Origin: Amoebidium appalachense
Taxonomy: Eukaryota > Protista > Ichthyosporea
Assembly: GCA_963693365.1 (NCBI GenBank)
Contig: CAVNZM010000010.1
Span: 5,891,794-5,955,793 of the forward strand
Direction: 5' to 3'
Length of the DNA: 64,000 nucleotides
Shown here: positions 1 through 13,475 of the stretch, piece by piece
How the letters are laid out: each line of letters begins with the position of its first letter
Numbering within the stretch: position 1 is the stretch's first letter
Position numbers and translations under genes: made by a program
Notes under the pieces: generated by a model
The model's database searches: none
Told to the model about the DNA's origin: nothing
The model's input: only the letters and a program-made list of their open reading frames with translations

Positions 1-356
1 CCACACCCCATCATCCACCCATACCCACCGTAAATATTATACACAACACCTAGGACTTCCCAATACTGTAGATCGACCAATGACTCCGAGCCCTCGGTTA
101 ACGTTTATTGCTAGGTTTTTGAATGGAGGGGAGGACTGGAGCCTCCTGCCGGCGTGGCTGGGGTAGTAGCCCTGGGCAAAGTGTGTACTTATAGTTAGGT
201 TGTGAAGGATGGTTTAGCTTAGCTGAACTCATAGATAGCACCTTAACTAGTGTACTGTCGGTGCTGTGTGGTAGACGGTAGTTTCCCTAGAGGGCCTGAA
301 AAGGCCTCCGGGAACAAAACGTGATAAAATAAAAAAAAAAAAAAAAAAAAAAAAAA
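1..356 (+). mobile_element. 3' end of a poly(A)-tailed (non-LTR-like) element inserted into the Copia pol
   Basis: Non-coding 330 bp ending in a GAAA-capped stem-loop (~281-315), then AATAAA running into A26 (331-356). The Copia reading frame is open immediately after it. The 5' part is outside the window. Confidence 0.55.
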
Positions 357-358
357 TT

Positions 359-2339
359 CCATCAACACTTCCGACCCCCGACACCACTGCTACCTCGACC
401 ACCCCACCCCCCACAGTTGACACTGAAGATGATGTTTGTCTGGTGTACTCTGGCCCCCCTCCTGCCATCGTCGTTCCCCCGACACCCCCCCCCCACCGGC
501 CCATCAGTGCCCGTCCAGCCTGCCGACCCTCATCCTGCCCCTGGCAACGTCACACCCATCCGACCCGGCTCCCCCGACAACTTCCACTCGGCCCCGTCCA
601 GCCCGGAGGTTGCCCCCCCTGCACTTCCGAACTTCCAAGTCCCCCCCCCCCCCCGTCTCCACCTCCCCCGGTTCCTGCACCCCGTCGTTCTGCCCGTCTA
701 CAGGGCAAGGTTGGACTTCAAGCCACCACCACCCTGCCAGTCCCCCCCGGTCCCCCCATCAACATCGACCAACTACCCAAACTTGTCCGTCAACTGTGTT
801 CCGGACCCAATGGTGACCAGGTCAAGTCAGCCCTCACTGCTGAGTATCAAGCCTTCGTCGACAAAGACATCTTTGAACTTGTTGACCCTCCCCCTGGTGC
901 TAACATCGTCGGCTTCAAGTGGATTGTCTCCGAGAAAACTCTCAACTCGGCTGGTGACACCAAGATCAAGGCCCGTGGTGTTGCTCAAGGCTTCAGTCAG
1001 CAATACGGTGTTGACTATGAGTTGATTGAGAGCCCTGTCATCCGTCCGGCTGCTCTCCGTGCTATCCTAGCTCTGACCGTTGTTGAAGGTCATGACATCC
1101 ATCAACTCGACGTGTCTACGGCCTTTCTCAACAGCCCACTCACCGAGACCATCTACATGAAACAACCCCCGGGATTCATCACCATGGCCACACTTGGCAA
1201 GGTCTGGAGACTCAAGAAAGCCCTGTACGGCCTCAAGCAAGCCTCCAAGGCTTGGTACGACTTCCTCGACGGCATTCTTCTTGCCCATGGCCTGACCCGT
1301 ACTAAGACCGACCCGTGCATCTACCTCCGGTTCTTCCCCAACAACGATGTGGTTCGGGCTGGTAACTACGTCGACGACTCCACCATCACCAACACCCGGG
1401 GTTCTACTGCTGCCAGTGACCTGGCTGCCCACATCAGCAAGATGGCCAGCTGTCGTATGAGTCCATTTGACCGTATGCTCGGTGTTGATTTTAATCACTC
1501 TGATCCCCATCACCTCCACATGCACCAGAGGTCTTACATCATGGATATCATCCACGACTTCAACCTCACCGATGCCAAGTCCAAGTCTACCCCCATCCCT
1601 GCAGGCACCACCGTCTCCCTGGCTGACTGCCCCCCCCAACTGTTCACCGTGCCCTACCGTGAGTTACTCGGCCGTCTCCTCTGGGTGGCACGGTGCACAC
1701 GTCCCGACATTGCCTATGCCATCGGCTTCCTTGGTCGGTTCAGCACCAACCCCGGCAAGACTCACTGGGACCTTCTCCGTCGTGTGGCCCGGTACCTGCT
1801 CGGCACCATTGACCTTGGCATTGACTACAAGTACTCGGCCACCCAGGCCCCCATACTCGAATGCTACACGGATGCTGACTTTGCTGGTTGTGCTGACAGC
1901 AAGAAGTCTACCACCGGCTACATCATCGAGTTTGCTGGTATGCCCATCATCTGGTACTCCAAGCTCCAGCCCATCACGGCCACCAGCACCACTGAAGCTG
2001 AGCTGATTGCTCTCAATGCTGGTACCCAAGAAGTTGCTTGGGTCCGTGACCTCTTCAAGGAACTCGGCTGCCCCATGCTTGCTCCGACTCCGGTGTACTG
2101 TGACAACCAGTCGACCATTGCCATCGTCAACTCCACCGGCATCAAGCACCGTACCAAACACCGTGTGTGACATTGCCGTCCGGTATCACAACACCAAGGA
2201 CTACATTGCAAGTGGGGATGTGGTTGTCCACTACGTTGAATCAGCCCACAACTTAGCTGACATCCTCACCAAACCCCTCCCCGGCCCGAGTCATGTCAAC
2301 CATCGTGCTAAACTTTGTTTGCCGGATATTGTGGATTGA
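359..2339 (+). pseudogene. Copia pol (IN-RT linker, reverse transcriptase, RNase H), frameshifted
   Basis: Motifs KIKARGVAQGFSQ, QLDVSTAFLN, LKKALYGLKQA, YVDD, YTDADFAG, STTEAE, CDNQS, NLADILTK. A 10-bp insertion at 2161-2170 splits RTKH|IAVRYH between ORFs 443..2170 and 2007..2339. Confidence 0.93.
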
Positions 2340-2750
2340 CCCGTCCTACTTCAAGAGTGATTTTCTAATGTTTACTACTTACTTTATCATAATCATTATT
2401 TCATACGTATATTGCCTTTGTGGGTATGCCCACTTAGGGTTTATATATAAGGTTTGACCTGTACCATGACTCTACTCTATCTTTCACTGGTTTAAAACCC
2501 AGTTAATCAAACCCCGACTATACACGTTATACATATTCGTTGTTTTTGCCCCGGTTCCTTTCCCCCCTCCCCCCCTCCCCCCCTTCCCCCCCCCTTCCCC
2601 CCCCTCCCCCCCTTCCTCCCCCCCCCCCCCCCCCCCCGCGGGAAAAGTACACACTTTAATTTTTTTTTTTCCGTTTCTGTTCTCAAGTGGGGAGATTTCA
2701 CTAGTTCAGTGGGGATATGATAACACAAACTTCAAAGTCTTAAGTGGGGA

Positions 2751-3553
2751 TGTTGTAATACGTAGTATTTACATATGGTAAGATCTTCTCAGTTTGTGTT
2801 ATGTTTCAGTTCATATGCTTAGTGTAAAAGCTACACTCCTATTACGTAAAGTGTAGCATCGATCTCCGATATGCTTGTATACTTGTAATCGTCTTGTATC
2901 GGCTTTAATCGTGTGTTGTAATATCGATTAGAATATTTATATGTGTGTACACGGATCCACCCACTCAGGGAGAGACGTGTACATGTTCGTGTGTACATAA
3001 ATATCTCTGGTTATAGTTATGCTATTGCTATCTTGTTTGTTGATCTGTGCTCTCTTTTCCTTCCTCTTTCTCCTTCCTTATTTTCTTTTCTTTCTCTCTT
3101 TGTCTTCATGTGTATAATCGTATTTCTTTTCTACTAATATATGTTAGGTAGATTTGTGTTACTTAATACGTGTTCATTGGACGGTAACACACTTAGGCTA
3201 CACTTAGAATAGCATGTGTGTTTAGACTTCATTAATTTACTTTAGTTTTCATGTGTTGCCGGGCTTTAACCAATCATCAAGGTTAAGTGTGATATGTCTG
3301 AGTCTTTGCAGTATGTCATAGGTTAGAACTTCCTTGATGATGACACAAGTTGACCTTAACTAGTGTCTGTGTCCTATCGTGTGCGTCTCCGCGTACCGGA
3401 TCTCTCTGAAAGCAATTGGTTCTTAGTGATTGGTTTCTATTAGAGATAGATCTGATTTCCGACTGGTCGGAAATCATGTATGGATTGGACTTAGAGGAAT
3501 TTCAGGTATTTATTCGAAGATCAGAATAAATTCAGTTCAGTCGTGTCTAAACA
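2751..3553 (+). repeat. Putative Copia 3' LTR
   Basis: Starts TGTT right after the PPT. AATAAA at ~3525, then ends ...AAACA at 3553. The end is uncertain (alternative AACA at 3189) because the 5' LTR is not in the window. Confidence 0.55.
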
Positions 3554-3559
3554 TTGATG

Positions 3560-4675
3560 TCTGTTGTGTACACTGCTCCGATCGTTTCGTGTTTTGTTGT
3601 TGTGTGTGTCTGTGGTGTTTTCACACTGCACCACTGTGTCTCTGCTTACATCCCAAATACTTATAACATTTAACAACAACACGTTCCTTCTCTCTTCTGC
3701 CGTCCAAGTGCTGCTCGCTTGTTCCGATCATGCACCCCTGTTGCTTTTTCCGTTTTCGCACTATCGTGGCGTTGCTGTTTGGGTTGCGTTCTGCGAGTGG
3801 TGCTCGACCGTGTGGTGGTGTTTGCTGGGGCGTGCTGGTGGGGTCGGCTGTTTGCGCGGGGGGTTGGGTGGGGAGGGGGCCTGCCTGCTCGGGACGAATG
3901 TTGTGCACTGTACCGAACCGCTGTCTTGCTGTTTTGAGGGCAAAGACTTCTGCCTCCAATTCGGGTGTCGCCGGGTGTGCTCGAGGTATATTGTGCTGGT
4001 GCTCCAACCGTCATCAGAGTAGGCTAGCAACGCGTCTGGGTGGATATACTTAACGGCCGTTTCCATTTCCTCTGACATGAGACTCGAGGGCACTACAATG
4101 GTGGGTGGGAGGGCGTCACCGGACGCAACAATAGTAGGAATGATGGATAGGTGCCAGTCTTGCTCCGCAAACCCATAGCCGACTTTGTATGTTTTTCATG
4201 TCTGTGACCGTGAGAAGTTTCTGACCCGCACGCACGTTGGTTATGCGCAGTTGTTTCTCGTCGTCATTGAACAGATTCTTCTCCACGTTTATCTGCTTTT
4301 CTTCCACCAGTTCCTCCACCATATCAAACCACGAATTCATCTTCTCCTCCGTGAGAGCGGAAACGCGCGCTTTCGAAAGTTCGTTTGGTTTGCGGAAATT
4401 GAGGTTGTAATTATAACCGTGCTGTTTGGCACGGCGTTCGAACAAATTGAACCACCCCTCACCTGGAAGCCCGTCTGCTGTATTGAATTTTTTTTGCCGT
4501 TACGCTCAGCAATGTCCCGTGCAGACCTGAGAACTTCAGCACGAGAAACCCCCAACCCCCTCCCAGCCAGGAACACCAGCCCACTAGCAAGGCCAATCTC
4601 CTCATCTCAGTGTTAGAATGGGCTTAGGGCCCGGTTTCTTGTTTCCATACTCAGGGTCTTTTTTGTGTCTGTATA
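3560..4675 (-). pseudogene. pogo/Tigger (CENP-B HTH + DDE_1) transposase, decayed
   Basis: Fragments GPKPILT..EEIGLASGLVFLAGRGLGVSRAEV (CENP-B-type HTH), RKPNELSKARVSALTEEKMNSWFD, NLFNDDEK (first D), ASGDALPPTIV and YSDDGW. Frameshifts near 4475 and 4180; the region with the later catalytic Asps appears deleted. Confidence 0.8.
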
Positions 4676-4699
4676 GGGTTGCAACGGAAATGCCAGTGG

Positions 4700-5549
4700 T
4701 TGCAGCTACTTCATCAGCAATCTTGCGCGAACATCCAAAACATATCAAACCCATCTAGGATATGCAACTGTATATTAATGGATAGCTTTTGGATATCCAC
4801 ACGATATGTAGGATGGTTTCAGTCGAACATATCAATACCATCCACTGGATATATACAACATGTCTATTTCCTCCTGACCTCCAACCAATGTCCAATATGT
4901 ATGTAGTTGCATGCTTAGATAGTGATCAAGATATTGCACCCCCAATAGATATCACATATGGATATCCATGCTGTACCTCCATTGGGCATCGTTGTGATAT
5001 CAAATATCTGGATATGCAATCAATGCATATATGGATACATAAGTGCACCTATAATGGCCATTAAATACACATTAGATGCATATGAATGCAGACATCAAAG
5101 GCCACCTGCATGTATTGGATATTAGACAGATGCCCACAATGGATATCGACGCTGGATATCCAATGATGGAATTTCAACTGCATTCCTCCGTTGGATAGCT
5201 ATATGGATATGTAACATTCTGGATATCCATTTGGATGCTTAGCTGTATATTAGACTGGATCAGTAACAACATATCCAATACATGACTGACAAGGATATCC
5301 GATCAAAATCCCCATACAGATATCAAGATATCCCTGTAGCAAGACATGCAATACACCTAACAAGTATATCCAATGGCGGTCTATAGTGGATGTCCATATT
5401 GGATATCCATTATAATATCCAGATGGATCGCTAATACATGTGCATTTGACCCCAACGCTAATGAACAATGCATGCCCATATTGGATACGTTCCATGGATA
5501 TCCATTCCGATATCCAGATACATACGCATTTGCTCGTCCACTAGACCCT
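4700..5549. repeat. GGATATCC-palindrome-rich array, left part
   Basis: TGGATATCCA at ~4790, 4959, 5154, 5220, 5400 and 5495, plus many half-sites. Confidence 0.8.
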
Positions 5550-6029
5550 TGTAAACAACTGTACACATGAACTGTACATGTTTACTAAAGAATGTGATCT
5601 ACTAGCACACGATTCGTGCTTTGTCATGAATATCACATAAATATTATGTCCGCACCAATAGGACTCACTCTGACCTAAGAATTGAACCATATATGGTTCT
5701 TCAGCTGCATACCACATAAACGAAGTGAACCAATAAGAGGTTTGCATAAATAGGACAAAGGTCTGACTGGCTCGGACCGCACCAGAATCACGAATGGCAT
5801 GTTGCCACCCGCGCTGGCCGCGGATGAACCAATCCTGGGCCTTGATCCGAAACCTGGGGGCTATATAACAAAGCCGTCCCAGTACGGGGATCACATCAGT
5901 GAAGTCTGAGACAGACTGAGTCGGCCCATAGTAAAAGCAACTTGGCCGCGTGTGCCTTTCTACCCGTTCTCTGTCTTTATTCTGATTCAGTTGTTCTCTG
6001 CCTTATCCCAACTAGTCCAACTGTTTACA
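5550..6029 (+). repeat. 5' LTR
   Basis: Direct repeat of 8624-9103 with no difference seen by eye; 7-bp terminal inverted repeat. Confidence 0.95.
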
Positions 6030-6030
6030 T

Positions 6031-6044
6031 TGGCGACCGCGCAG
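6031..6044 (+). promoter_or_regulatory. Primer binding site TGGCGACCGCGCAG
   Basis: TGG-initiated motif 1 nt after the 5' LTR. tRNA identity (possibly Arg) not verified. Confidence 0.8.
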
Positions 6045-7994
6045 TTCAAGAATCTCGCATCCTTCGAATCTCACATCTTTCAATCAGTTCAAGAATCTCA
6101 CATCTTTCAATCAGCTCAAGAATCTCCCATGGCCGATCACAATCCTTTTTACCCCGATGATAGGCACATCTTTCCTTGTCCGGCTTAGAATATATACACC
6201 TACAAGTTTGAAGTGGCCAGCCCACCTACACGGAAAGAATTGAAAGCATGTAAAACTTCTTTTGCTACGACACATCAAAAATGTGAAGAAAAACGAATAC
6301 ACAACGAAACAACGAATACACGAACAAACGAATAAAGAATTGCTAACGAAGCAATGAACCAACGAAAAACGAACCATCACGAATACGCAATGAAATAAAG
6401 AATTAACGACAAACGATTGCATAGAGGAAATACGAAATGAATGCAACACGAAAACAAAACGAAGTAACGAAGTTATCAAACGACAAAAAACGAAAAACGA
6501 AAGCAAAATGAACTGGAAATACGAAAATGAAAGGACGAATGCACAACACTGCTTGGGTTGCAATGCACACAGCCCCCTCTATGTTAGGAAGAAAATAAAA
6601 CCGTTGCCCTTGCGTGCATTGCCCTATTGCACACTGCCATCGTGTCCATGCCACCGCATGCACGTCCACACTCGCAAGCCAGATGCACGGCCACTTTCAG
6701 CACAAATGCACTTAACGAAGAAGATAGTCGCTGTTGCTATAGCATGTAGGACCTAAGATCTTATGAAAGTAGTGTTGCATGCACGCTTCGAATCCCTTGC
6801 TGTTCTCGAATACAGCATGCCCCATAGTTTAGCGCCCAGGATGCACAACATGCGCATGAATGTATGCTGGCATGCCTAAACACATTACGAACATATGCCT
6901 GACTCATGTATGGCGGCCCTTCCTGGTGCCACGCCCTAACGAATTTGCACTCTTGGTGCACAAAAGGCATGTAATAAAGTCGATGCAGAACTTTTGTTCA
7001 TGCATGTGAAAAACAAAGAAGGTGTTGGGTACGAATTTTAAGGTGAATGCCCGTCTGTGGCAATACGGTGTAACATACCAATTACACTGTCAAGCCTTGC
7101 ACTAGCTGCCGGCACACCCCCACCAGAACAAAAGAATGTGGTATGGGCACCGCTCCCTCACAACCCCATCATACAGTGTCAGTATTTTGGCTGGAAGCCT
7201 TTCAGTTTCGAATTACGAATACCCTCCTTCACTACTGAAGAAAGTGACGTGGAAGACAAATACGAATACGAATGCAAGGTGTTGTTGACTAACACATCGG
7301 ACCATCATGTGTACCTACTAGGCCCTGGTACGGAGGTGACCATGTTATTCCCTTGCAATATGATGACACTGTAACTATTTAGCACGTGCATACCCCACCA
7401 ATGGGCACATGCGGGAGACAACCCCACAAGCTGCCTTATTGGGCACCTCTGCTAAAACGAATATTCTTCTCACGAAGGAACAGAAGAATGCCACGAACAC
7501 GAACCACACACTCACCAGGCAGCTACTTACATCTAATGTATGTAAGAAGTAGGGTGTGTGAACGGGGTAACTTCATGAACACCAACACGAAAGAAAGCAC
7601 AGCACAAAGCAGTTCCACGAATACGAATGGTTTTGGTATTCCACACAACGAACAGAACCTACAGTAGGGCCACCTACAAATGAAGCAGAGGATGGGGCAC
7701 CATCCAGACCTGCACTGGAGGATATGAAAACACGAAGCGCGCTCACGAAGTTGCTTACAAAAGAAAGGGCGACTCCGACGACTTTTCTTTTTAGGCCAAG
7801 CCTCCAGAAGAATGTATTATGCCTGGAATCCCCCTGCTCAACGAAAATGGCTGGCAAATGGGATACGAAAACTGCTCACGAATGGAAGCATGTGTTTTCT
7901 GAAGGAGGCTTGCTTTGCCTACCCTCTTCTTATGAATTATGAACCGGGCTTTTACTGGTTCTGACGGGTGATATATTTCTTTATGTCGCCCAAC

Positions 7995-8110
7995 GAAGAA
8001 CACTTGGGCATTTTTATTCATGTTTTTCCCAGCTCCGATGATGCAGAGTTAAAGCTGAAAGGAAAGAAGTGCTATTTGTTCATGAAAGAAGCGGCTTTTC
8101 CGGCCATGGT
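7995..8110 (+). pseudogene. Gypsy reverse transcriptase remnant
   Basis: Translates EEHLGIFIHVF..DAELKLKGKKCYLFMKE, resembling the Gypsy RT post-YxDD segment EEHLxHLxxVFxRLxxAGLKLKPxKCxFF. Confidence 0.65.
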
Positions 8111-8612
8111 GACTCGCCTTACAGTCTTATGGTAGAACCGGGATAAGGAGCAGTGGCTAAGCCTTGAAGCTATCCACCACTACCTGAGCTACGAAGTGAC
8201 CTAAGGCTCGAGTTATATTCATTATCGAATGTTTGGTATGATCATTCATCCACACAACCAAATTACTCGCAATTGAAAACGAATCTGCGGGAGTATCCTA
8301 AAAAGGAAAAATTCCCAAAAAGGAAAATACTACTTCTACAGAAAAGCCAAGCACAGAGACGAAGGCTTAGCGAATTATTCGCACGCACACTCTGCAACAA
8401 TCTTCGCCACGAAAATGAAATCACAGAAGAATGCTGCATGAATTTACGTTTTGGCAAATGAAGAAGTGCTCATAGACGTGCACAACTCTATTCCACCGTC
8501 CTTGCTCTGTTCTGTCCAGCAGCTCGGCACACACAAGAATTCTCGCTGAAGGTTGTTTATCGCCTCTCAGCCTGGTGGTTTGCTTGTCTAACGACACCAC
8601 CAGGCTCCCGAC

Positions 8613-8623
8613 AAGGGGGGGAG
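8613..8623 (+). promoter_or_regulatory. Polypurine tract AAGGGGGGGAG
   Basis: Directly abuts the TG of the 3' LTR at 8624. Confidence 0.9.
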
Positions 8624-9103
8624 TGTAAACAACTGTACACATGAACTGTACATGTTTACTAAAGAATGTGATCTACTAGCACACGATTCGTGCTTTGTCA
8701 TGAATATCACATAAATATTATGTCCGCACCAATAGGACTCACTCTGACCTAAGAATTGAACCATATATGGTTCTTCAGCTGCATACCACATAAACGAAGT
8801 GAACCAATAAGAGGTTTGCATAAATAGGACAAAGGTCTGACTGGCTCGGACCGCACCAGAATCACGAATGGCATGTTGCCACCCGCGCTGGCCGCGGATG
8901 AACCAATCCTGGGCCTTGATCCGAAACCTGGGGGCTATATAACAAAGCCGTCCCAGTACGGGGATCACATCAGTGAAGTCTGAGACAGACTGAGTCGGCC
9001 CATAGTAAAAGCAACTTGGCCGCGTGTGCCTTTCTACCCGTTCTCTGTCTTTATTCTGATTCAGTTGTTCTCTGCCTTATCCCAACTAGTCCAACTGTTT
9101 ACA
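8624..9103 (+). repeat. 3' LTR
   Basis: Direct repeat of 5550-6029, followed by TSD ACCCT. Confidence 0.95.
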
Positions 9104-9108
9104 ACCCT

Positions 9109-9900
9109 CCTATAATAACCAAAGCATGACGATTCCACATATCCAATTAGATCACCAAATATGGCTCTGACGGTTATCCATATACACCCGCACGCTGATG
9201 TCCAATAGACAATCATACTAAGACACAATGGATAGCTATACTGGTTATCTAGGCTCAACATCCATACAGATATCTTGATACAGCTGCATTTGCCCATCCA
9301 CTAGACCCTAATACTAATATCCAATGCATGACGAAAATACATATCACAATAGACCCCCATACCGATCTCCAACGGCTATCCATATGCACCCCTGCTTACC
9401 CATCCAATATATGTCGATATTCATATACAATGCATCACCATTCACAATATCTAATTTTAATATCCAACATGATATGCGGATACATATACACCTACATATG
9501 CACTCGGCACCTATGTTGATACCTAATGCATGAAAAACAAACATATCAAAGTAGATGTCCAACCTAATGCCTAACACTTAACAAACATACATGTTTTGGG
9601 ATATCCATTAACACCCGTATCTAATACTTAAAATATCACTATAACAGCTATCTGGGTTGATACCCATACAGATAGCCAGATACATCTGTAGCTACATCTC
9701 TAGGGTATATCCACTGGATTAATTGCATAATTTTGGTACTGTATATCTGCAACATATCTATTAGTGTATATTTGATGTGTGATAAGGCCTTTCCGGATAA
9801 ACATTATACATCTTTACCGATCCATCGCATAACCATATGATGGCTAATGACCACCATTGATAAATAATTTATGTCTGGCCTAATATCTATCACATAAGTA
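9109..9900. repeat. GATATC/ATATCC-rich array, right part
   Basis: Continuation of the 4700-5549 array. The motif GCATTTGC..TCCACTAGACCCT recurs at ~9285-9309. Confidence 0.7.
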
Positions 9901-9984
9901 ATACTTATCCACGGTACAAAGTTACACAACCACGTTATACTCGGTTCCACAAATCAAGGGGAAGAAATAGATAAAAAAGAGGAA

Positions 9985-10031
<47 letters not shown>

Positions 10032-10053
10032 ATTGCCTTAAAAAAAAAACAGA

Positions 10054-13109
<3,056 letters not shown>

Positions 13110-13110
<1 letters not shown>

Positions 13111-13475
13111 TGACAACCCACTGGGCGCAACGGTTTTTTCAGGCCTTCACCGACAATGCAACAAATATTACCGCAGCGGTGGCCCTGTTTGGGACGTTCG
13201 GGGTTACGTTGCATTACGTTGAGGCAAACCGTCAGCGCACTGCAGTTCTGGAGGAAAAGATCAGCAAGACTCAGGCGGTCTTCGAGGTTGAGCTGCGTAG
13301 CAAGGAAAAGGAAATGGCTGCCCAGAGGGAGTTGTTTGAGCACAAGCTGGAGATACAGGAGCAGAAGCACCAGAGGGAGGTGGAAGCCTTCAAGGCGTTT
13401 ACGTGGGATGTTCTGGTGAAGACCGGCCTGTCTGCAGACTACCCTTTCCAGCCCCATCCCAAGGCCGGGCAGTAG
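13110..13475 (+). CDS. Hypothetical 121-aa protein with N-terminal hydrophobic helix and coiled coil
   Basis: Clean ATG-TAG intronless ORF with GC3-rich codons. ITAAVALFGTFGVTLHYV is followed by an E/K/Q-rich heptad region. Confidence 0.6.

Larger units (their letters stand above)
357..3553 (+). mobile_element. Ty1/Copia LTR retrotransposon, 3' half
   Basis: RT-RNaseH coding region, then polypurine tract AAGTGGGGA (2742-2750) abutting TGTTG at 2751. Confidence 0.9.
5550..9103 (+). mobile_element. Non-autonomous Ty3/Gypsy-derived LTR retrotransposon, complete
   Basis: Two 480-bp LTRs (TGTAAAC...GTTTACA), 5-bp TSD ACCCT (5545-5549 and 9104-9108), PBS and PPT. The internal 2.6 kb has no long ORF but carries RT remnants. 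Confidence 0.95.

Noticed and set aside
5541-5894. 117-aa ORF duplicated at 8588-8968
   Set aside because: Incidental antisense ORF within the two LTRs.
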